DNA of 11,095 bases. Origin: a virus. The position numbers and the translations under genes are program-made. Location: the IMG/VR virus record IMGVR_UViG_3300020227_000065, positions 1 through 11,095 of that record; one strand, given 5' to 3'. The notes under the pieces were generated by a model. The model saw nothing but the letters and a program-made list of their open reading frames with translations. It searched no databases and was not told the origin of the DNA. Of the stretch, positions 6,214 to 11,095 are shown one piece after another. How positions within the stretch are numbered: position 1 is the stretch's first letter; every line of letters begins with the position of its first letter.

Positions 6214-6749
6214 TGTTTAATGAGTGGATAAAAGATAATTCTTTATTTAGTGAAATTGATTCTATTAAACCTTTCCCCTTTATATCTCAACATGGGGCAA
6301 AAAACATAGATTTAGTTTATAAAATGAGTTATGGAAGTAAAACCATTCCCAAAAATGTGGAATGTTTAACGGTTAATGAAGTTGCTAACATAATTGTTGT
6401 TAATTATGGGGATAGCTGGAATAACAAATATAGCCTATTAAAAGATGAAATTTTATTAGGGGTGGAAGAAAAAACCGTATTAGATGAAACCGTAACAGAT
6501 GAATATTTAAGGACTATGAGTAGTAACCAAGAAAATAAAGTAAGTGCTTTTAATGATGATGAATTAAGTCCTAACGATTCTAGCAATGATTCCCTAAATG
6601 ATAAAAGCGATAAAGATGTAAACAGGAATAGGGAAATTACAAAAACAAGTTTGAACGCTATTAAAACACAATTAGAAATATTCAATTCCAATTTTATCAA
6701 TATAGTATGTAAAGATGTAAGTAAAATTGTTTCACTATCAATCTATTAA
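6210..6749 (+). CDS. Hypothetical 179-aa morphogenesis/virion protein with an acidic Ser/Asn/Asp-rich linker
   Basis: Strong SD GAGGAGGTGG (6192-6201) and an ATGA overlap with the portal stop. Low-complexity segment SPNDSSNDSLNDKSDKDVNRN. It occupies the slot after the portal where phi29 has the lower collar, but I recognise no motif. Confidence 0.55.
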   Translation: MMFNEWIKDNSLFSEIDSIKPFPFISQHGAKNIDLVYKMSYGSKTIPKNVECLTVNEVANIIVVNYGDSWNNKYSLLKDEILLGVEEKTVLDETVTDEYLRTMSSNQENKVSAFNDDELSPNDSSNDSLNDKSDKDVNRNREITKTSLNAIKTQLEIFNSNFINIVCKDVSKIVSLSIY

Positions 6750-6778
6750 AAGGGGAATGTAAAATGAAAATTACACAA
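6748..6778 (+). repeat. Duplicated translation-initiation region, copy 1 (SD + ATG + MKITQ codons)
   Basis: AAAAGGgGAATGTAAAATGAAAATTACACAA matches 7074-7104 at 30 of 31 positions. The 24 nt at 6755-6778 are identical to 7081-7104. Confidence 0.9.
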
Positions 6779-7033
6779 CACTTTTCTAACCTAATGAAGG
6801 AATTAGAAAGTGACTTTAAAAAAGCAAGTAGCTATAATGCCTATTCGAAATTTCATGAAATGGTTACTATTAGAGCAAAGGCTGGGGCATATAGAGAGAT
6901 ATTAAGACCGTTACTATTAGATCATACTAAACAACATTTAAACGGTGATGTAAAAAGGTTTAATGAAGAGTTGAAAGTTTTTCAGGAAAAATGTAGTAAT
7001 CAAATTAATAAAGTATTAAACGATGTAATCTAA
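6764..7033 (+). CDS. 89-aa predicted helical protein, candidate scaffolding protein
   Basis: It lies directly upstream of the major capsid gene, as phi29 gp7 (98 aa) lies upstream of gp8. It is small, charged and heptad-like in composition. The call rests on position and composition only. Confidence 0.4.
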   Translation: MKITQHFSNLMKELESDFKKASSYNAYSKFHEMVTIRAKAGAYREILRPLLLDHTKQHLNGDVKRFNEELKVFQEKCSNQINKVLNDVI

Positions 7034-7073
7034 TAAAAAACAACATTTTAATTTTAGACTATAAATTTATCTA

Positions 7074-7104
7074 AAAAGGAGAATGTAAAATGAAAATTAC
7101 ACAA
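7074..7104 (+). repeat. Duplicated translation-initiation region, copy 2 (SD + ATG + MKITQ codons)
   Basis: AAAAGGaGAATGTAAAATGAAAATTACACAA. See copy 1. Confidence 0.9.
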
Positions 7105-8250
7105 TTACACGAATTAGTAAACATGGCCACACAAGAAGTATTAGGAACAGAAGTCGTAGTAAATGAAGATTTAAGTAATATTGTAGATGTTGGTAATCAA
7201 ATTATTAATAGTGATAATGTTGATAACTATGTTAAAAAGCTAGTGAATCATATTGGAAAAGTAACATTTAAGAACCGCCTATATAGTGGGGGTGCGCCTA
7301 GTGTATTAATGGATTCATGGGAATATGGTTCAATCCTAGAAAAAGTTAGTGCGGATATGCCACACGCTACAGAAAATTCAAGTGCTATGCTTAAAAATGG
7401 GGAAGATTATTCACCCGATATTTTCTACCAACCTTCAGTTAGCGCACAGTTTTTCAATAGCAAAATCACCTTTGAAATTCCTTTATCATTTACGGAAAGA
7501 CAAGTAAAAGAATCATTCAGTAATGCGAATCAATTAAACGGATTTATTTCCATGCTTTCAACAAGTGTAGAAAATGCTATGACTGTGAAGCTAGATTCCC
7601 TTATTATGCGCACTATCAATAATATGACGGGAGAAACATTAAAAGCTGATCTAGATAATGAGGGTGAAATTGATTTAACTAGCACAGGGGTAAAAGCGGT
7701 AAACCTTCTAAAATTGTATAATGAAGAATATGGGGAAACATTAGAAAAAAATAAAGCACTATCAAATAGTAATTTTATTCGATACGCAACCTATATCATA
7801 GGGTTGTATAGTGATAGAATCTCTAAAATTAGTACCCTGTTCAATATTGGGGGAAAAGAACGTTTCACAAGTGGGGATTTTAAAAAGACTGTTTTATTAT
7901 CAGACTTTGAAAAAGCTAGTAATATTTTCTTGAAAGCAGATATTCAAAATCAAGAACAAATTACGTTGCCAACCCATGAAACCGTACCATATTGGCAAGG
8001 TAGCGGAAATTCATATAGCTTTGATGATGTTTCAAGTATTAATGTTAAAACTTCTACAGGTGCGGAAGTGAACGCATCGGGAATTTTGGGGGTTATGTTT
8101 GATAGGGAAGCTATAGGGGTTGCAAACCTAGATAGAAGGGTAACAACCAATTACAACCCTAAAGCAGAATTTTATACGAACTTCTATAAATTTGATGCTG
8201 GATATTATAACGATTTGAATGAAAACTTTGTAGTATTTTTCATAGGTTAA
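7090..8250 (+). CDS. Major capsid protein (phi29 gp8-like, HK97 fold expected), 386 aa
   Basis: The N-terminal pattern ...VGNQIINSDNVDNYVKKLVNHIGKV resembles gp8 ...[26 protein letters not shown]. It is the largest head-module ORF, lies downstream of the scaffold-like gene, and is followed by a strong terminator. Confidence 0.7.
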   Translation: MKITQLHELVNMATQEVLGTEVVVNEDLSNIVDVGNQIINSDNVDNYVKKLVNHIGKVTFKNRLYSGGAPSVLMDSWEYGSILEKVSADMPHATENSSAMLKNGEDYSPDIFYQPSVSAQFFNSKITFEIPLSFTERQVKESFSNANQLNGFISMLSTSVENAMTVKLDSLIMRTINNMTGETLKADLDNEGEIDLTSTGVKAVNLLKLYNEEYGETLEKNKALSNSNFIRYATYIIGLYSDRISKISTLFNIGGKERFTSGDFKKTVLLSDFEKASNIFLKADIQNQEQITLPTHETVPYWQGSGNSYSFDDVSSINVKTSTGAEVNASGILGVMFDREAIGVANLDRRVTTNYNPKAEFYTNFYKFDAGYYNDLNENFVVFFIG

Positions 8251-8259
8251 TCATTTCAT

Positions 8260-8290
8260 GGGGTGCGGTTAATCGTACCCCTTTTATTTT
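8260..8290 (+). terminator. Rho-independent terminator/attenuator after the capsid gene
   Basis: Stem GGGGTGCG (8260-8267) / CGTACCCC (8274-8281), 8 bp including one G-U pair. Loop GTTAAT, then TTTTATTTT (8282-8290). Confidence 0.85.
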
Positions 8291-8302
8291 GGGGGTGTAA
8301 GG

Positions 8303-8740
8303 GTGGAAATTACGTTATATAATACATTGGATAATGATAATGTTATCAATAAAGATTTAACTATGATTTATTCATTTAGTTTGAAATTGAAAAAAGATAC
8401 GGACATTGTAAACCCTACTATATTATTGAATGATAAAAATAGTATGGATTTTACAGAATGTAATTATTGTTATTTAGAAGATTTTAACCGTTATTACTTC
8501 ATTAGGGATATAGAAAGCATAAATAATAATATTTGGCGGTTGGCACTGGAATGTGATGTACTGGAAACCTATAAAGATGATATATTGAATAGTGATGTTG
8601 AAATAAACAGGAAAATAAAACAAGGCGATTTTATAGAAGGTAATTTTAAAACACAAGTTATAAAAGAGGTAGACATATATAAAAGTGATGTAGTTATGGA
8701 AGATGTGAGTAAAATTATACTTTCTACTATAGGGGGTTAA
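8303..8740 (+). CDS. 145-aa tail protein resembling the N-terminal domain of phi29 gp9-type tail knob proteins; GTG start
   Basis: CNYCYLEDFNRYYFIRDIESINNNIWRLALECDVLETYKDDI compares with gp9 [47 protein letters not shown], sharing the E.DVL.T signature. The GTG at 8303 sits 7 nt after GGGGG (8291-8295). The first in-frame ATG is 20 codons further in. Confidence 0.5.
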   Translation: MEITLYNTLDNDNVINKDLTMIYSFSLKLKKDTDIVNPTILLNDKNSMDFTECNYCYLEDFNRYYFIRDIESINNNIWRLALECDVLETYKDDILNSDVEINRKIKQGDFIEGNFKTQVIKEVDIYKSDVVMEDVSKIILSTIGG

Positions 8741-8743
8741 TGT

Positions 8744-10204
8744 ATGGCTATTAAAAGTAGGCATTTTTATTGGGATATTGAAAATAGGCATAGGGTAGAA
8801 TCATTTTTTATTTATAATCATGGTAGTGGTACGGGTGCGGATAGAAACTATATGGAAGAATCATTTGATTATCAATTTACAGGGGAAAATACCTATACTA
8901 TTACAATTAATGCTAAGAGTGGTTATGGTTTTATTGAACCCCCGTTAATACGTCATTTTACAAGTGCGGATTCCACTGTGAGTGATTCATCTATACCAAT
9001 GGAAATTAATGAGGATAGAACACAAGCAACATTTACATTTACCAATGGAAACGGGAATTATTACGGGTTGGATAATGACTGGAAATTATATCTTTATAGT
9101 GAAGTAGAAGATTATTTAGGAATAGTTAAAACCTTTACCGCTTCATTACTAATGAATAATGTTACTTGTCATTTTAAAAATGGAACGGAAACCATTACCC
9201 TAAATTATGGGGAAAGTAAAGAAATTCCCGTAGGTAATTATAATATTGAAATAGTAGTAAATAATGGTTTTAAAATTGTTAGTATTACCGCAACCCATGA
9301 AGAAATTGGTCCTAATCCAAGTGGGGAAATGTATTTTTCTATATCAGATGATGGGAAGAAAGCAACGGGGAATAGTGATTTTAATGAAGGGGATACCCTA
9401 ACTATTAGGGGTGTAACGGAAATTGTAGAGGGTGTGCCTAGTGTAGTAGGTACGTTTAACCATTTATATTTAATAGATAGTACCAATTTACGAAAATTAA
9501 CGAATCATATTACAGTAATGGAAGCTAAAGAAGAAAGAGATACCATTCAACAGTATATGATAAATGTATTAAGATTCCCATTCAATATAAATGAAACCCA
9601 TATAATAGGTAATAATGGGGTTATATTAGGGGCGAAAATATTTGATAAATTAGAAGTATTAGAAATAGATATAGATCAACTAACTATAGATATGGGTAAA
9701 ATAGAAATACCGTTAAAATATAATAATACCTTTGATTATCTAAATACAAGTTGTATTTTACATTTACCCTACTCAGAAAATATAGAGTTAGAACCTAGTT
9801 ATATTATAGGTGAAACTATTTTTATAGAATATATTGTAAGTCTATATGATGGGGAAGGAACAATAAATATTAGTAGTAGCAAGATAGATGATGTTTTTCT
9901 ATCCCAACCTATCAAAATAGGTACGGTTATACCTTATTTTAACCATAATCAAAAAGGATACACACAATCCCAGCAAACATTGTTAGGTGTATATAATAAG
10001 TTAAAACAGGCATATGTAGAAGTAATTAGGAACATACCATATGAAAATGATAGTCCATTTAATGATGGGGTGATAACTCAATCTAAATTAAAAAATGAAA
10101 AGGGTTATGTTAAAGTGAATAATATAATACTAGAAAATAAAGCAACTTCACAAGAAAGAAATGAAATTATTAGAATGTTGGAAAGTGGGGTATTTATTAA
10201 ATGA
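8744..10204 (+). CDS. 486-aa tail protein: beta-rich N-terminal half (candidate receptor-binding modules) plus a conserved-looking C-terminal tail-tube/knob-like half
   Basis: SD AGGGGG lies 7 nt upstream. It is the only large ORF between the capsid and lysis genes. The N-terminal ~240 aa contain two similar beta-strand-like modules (YTITINAKSGYGFIEPP and YNIEIVVNNGFKIVSITAT). The C-terminal half has LHLPYSENIELEPSYIIGETIFIEYIVSLYDGEGTINI, a pattern I associate with phage tail hub/knob barrels. Confidence 0.5.
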   Translation: MAIKSRHFYWDIENRHRVESFFIYNHGSGTGADRNYMEESFDYQFTGENTYTITINAKSGYGFIEPPLIRHFTSADSTVSDSSIPMEINEDRTQATFTFTNGNGNYYGLDNDWKLYLYSEVEDYLGIVKTFTASLLMNNVTCHFKNGTETITLNYGESKEIPVGNYNIEIVVNNGFKIVSITATHEEIGPNPSGEMYFSISDDGKKATGNSDFNEGDTLTIRGVTEIVEGVPSVVGTFNHLYLIDSTNLRKLTNHITVMEAKEERDTIQQYMINVLRFPFNINETHIIGNNGVILGAKIFDKLEVLEIDIDQLTIDMGKIEIPLKYNNTFDYLNTSCILHLPYSENIELEPSYIIGETIFIEYIVSLYDGEGTINISSSKIDDVFLSQPIKIGTVIPYFNHNQKGYTQSQQTLLGVYNKLKQAYVEVIRNIPYENDSPFNDGVITQSKLKNEKGYVKVNNIILENKATSQERNEIIRMLESGVFIK

Positions 10205-10878
10205 TGTACTATGACAAAAGAAACCGTAACAACATTAAAAAACTAGCAAATAACACTAGAAAAAAGGCTTTGCAATGGTATGAATTTTGTGTAAAGAATA
10301 ACATTAATATTTTAGTATATGAAACAATTAGGGACGAAAAAACGCAACGGGAGAACGTGCAGAAAGGTGTTTCTCAAACCATGAAAAGTTACCATTTAGT
10401 AGGACAAGCACTGGATTTTGTACCCGTTAATTCTAAAGGTGAAACCCTATGGAATGGGTATGGTGCTAGTGATATAAAGAAAGCTATTGAACATGCCAAA
10501 AAACTAGGCTTTGAATGGGGTGGCGATTGGAAAGGTTTCATAGATAAACCCCACCTACAATATAATTATAATGGTTATGGTTCGGATTCATTCGATAAAC
10601 CTTCTAATAATGAACAAATAACAATGGATATTGAAAACCTAGTAAAACGTACTATTAGAGGTGATTTTGGTAACGGTGAAGAACGTAAAAGAAAATTAGG
10701 TTCTAATTATCAAAGAGTACAAGATATTATTAATGGTAAAACTTATAATAATTCAGTTAATATTGACGATTTAGTGAAGCGTACTATTAGAGGTGAATTT
10801 GGCAACGGTGCTGAACGTAAAAAGAAACTAGGAAAACATTACAATGAAGTGCAAAAAAGAATAAATAAAATGTATTAA
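10201..10878 (+). CDS. Endolysin: peptidase M15 (VanY/L-Ala-D-Glu peptidase-like, LAS fold) catalytic domain + two CW_7 (Cpl-7-type) cell-wall-binding repeats
   Basis: Zn ligand pattern SYH65LVGQALD72 (H-x6-D), EWGGDW and DKPH118LQ. Two repeats carry LVKRTIRG[DE]FGNG.ERK.KLG..Y..VQ..IN, matching the CW_7 consensus. No signal peptide. ATGA overlap with the upstream gene. Confidence 0.9.
   Translation: MMYYDKRNRNNIKKLANNTRKKALQWYEFCVKNNINILVYETIRDEKTQRENVQKGVSQTMKSYHLVGQALDFVPVNSKGETLWNGYGASDIKKAIEHAKKLGFEWGGDWKGFIDKPHLQYNYNGYGSDSFDKPSNNEQITMDIENLVKRTIRGDFGNGEERKRKLGSNYQRVQDIINGKTYNNSVNIDDLVKRTIRGEFGNGAERKKKLGKHYNEVQKRINKMY
10627..10872 (+). repeat. Two CW_7 repeat units (10627-10737 and 10762-10872) within the endolysin
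   Basis: aa 143-179 and aa 188-224 are highly similar. The nucleotide strings are also close (…CGTACTATTAGAGGTGA[TA]TTTGG[TC]AACGGTG…GAACGTAAAA…). Confidence 0.85.
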
Positions 10879-10884
10879 TAACTT

Positions 10885-11095
10885 TACTTGACAACATGCC
10901 CCATTTATGAATCAAAATAGAATCATATTTGACCCATGTTGTCAAGTTAAAAAATCATTTTGAATTATCAGAAATCTTTTAGAATCATAGATCGTATTGT
11001 CAGATAATTCTAATCATTTTGAATCTTTAGCCACCTTCACTCGCACATAATTGTCAGACTATTATGGGGATTTGGACAATTAGAGGGGGGGGGGC
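10885..11095. repeat. Right inverted terminal repeat (ITR-R), 211 bp, ending GGGGGGGGGGC-3'
   Basis: Exact reverse complement of 1-211. It begins 6 nt after the endolysin stop codon (10876-10878). Confidence 0.97.
10886..10947. repeat. Mirror copy of the 13-bp-arm inverted repeat at the inner edge of ITR-R, immediately after the last gene
   Basis: Arms at 10886-10898 and 10935-10947. It starts 8 nt after the endolysin stop and is the only potential RNA hairpin downstream of the + strand gene train. Confidence 0.8.

Larger units (their letters stand above)
1..11095 (+). mobile_element. Complete linear phage genome (protein-primed, phi29-like/picovirus-like podophage gene set) bounded by 211-bp ITRs
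   Basis: Perfect terminal inverted repeats sit exactly at both window edges. A protein-primed PolB, gp16-like packaging ATPase, portal, capsid, tail and endolysin genes are all on the + strand and fill nearly all the space between the ITRs. No host-like flanking genes. Confidence 0.85.

Noticed and set aside
6404-6700. Minus-strand ORF of 98 aa
   Set aside because: It lies entirely inside the 179-aa + strand ORF. Its Leu/Ser/Phe-rich composition looks like an antisense artefact. It has no SD or promoter context.
6757-6762. ATG-TAA 'start-stop' mini-ORF immediately upstream of the real ATG, also at 7083-7088 and 1766-1771
   Set aside because: The ATG directly abuts the SD (GGGGA or GGAGA), so the spacing is too short for initiation there. 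It is more simply explained as part of the SD-to-start spacer. The conserved spacer itself is reported as a finding.
7950-8150. Minus-strand ORF of 66 aa
   Set aside because: It is embedded antisense in the major capsid gene. It is short and has no translation signals.
8474-8791. Minus-strand ORF of 105 aa
   Set aside because: It is antisense to the tail genes. Its Phe/Ile/Tyr/Asn-rich low-complexity product is an artefact of AT-rich sequence.
9238-9486. Minus-strand ORF of 82 aa
   Set aside because: It is embedded antisense in the 486-aa tail gene and has no signals.

Overview
This window looks like a complete linear dsDNA phage genome of 11,095 bp, not a chromosomal fragment. Positions 1-211 are the perfect reverse complement of 10885-11095 (checked base by base). 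These are 211-bp inverted terminal repeats (ITRs), and each end finishes in 5'-G(C)10.

Between the ITRs, 13 tracked ORFs plus one untracked 36-codon ORF tile the + strand almost without gaps. There are three ATGA start/stop overlaps and one TAA-ATG abutment, and most starts have GGAGG/GGGG-type Shine-Dalgarno sites. I see no credible minus-strand gene.

Gene order:
- Early/replication module: a micro-ORF; a 115-aa protein with its own terminator (possibly a phi29 p5-like SSB); a small HTH regulator; a candidate terminal protein; and a protein-primed family B DNA polymerase with every exonuclease and polymerase motif.
- Packaging/head module: a phi29 gp16-like ATPase; a YvrJ-like single-TM protein; a portal/upper collar carrying a 7 x 21-bp acidic tandem repeat; an unknown 179-aa protein; a scaffold-like 89-aa protein; a phi29-type major capsid protein; and a strong terminator.
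- Tail and lysis: only two tail ORFs (145 aa and 486 aa, in the same frame and separated only by TAA-TGT), then an M15 peptidase + 2 x CW_7 endolysin ending 6 nt before the right ITR.

I saw no tRNA, rRNA, CRISPR array, integrase or transposase. The AT-rich composition (judged by eye, not computed), the strong SD sites and the endolysin type point to a low-GC Gram-positive host.

Functional calls rest on motifs I recognise from remembered family sequences, because no searches were possible. Points that stand out: the very small genome for a tailed protein-primed phage, the homopolymeric termini, the internally repeated ITR, the acidic repeat on the portal, the duplicated translation-initiation region, and the in-frame split tail gene.
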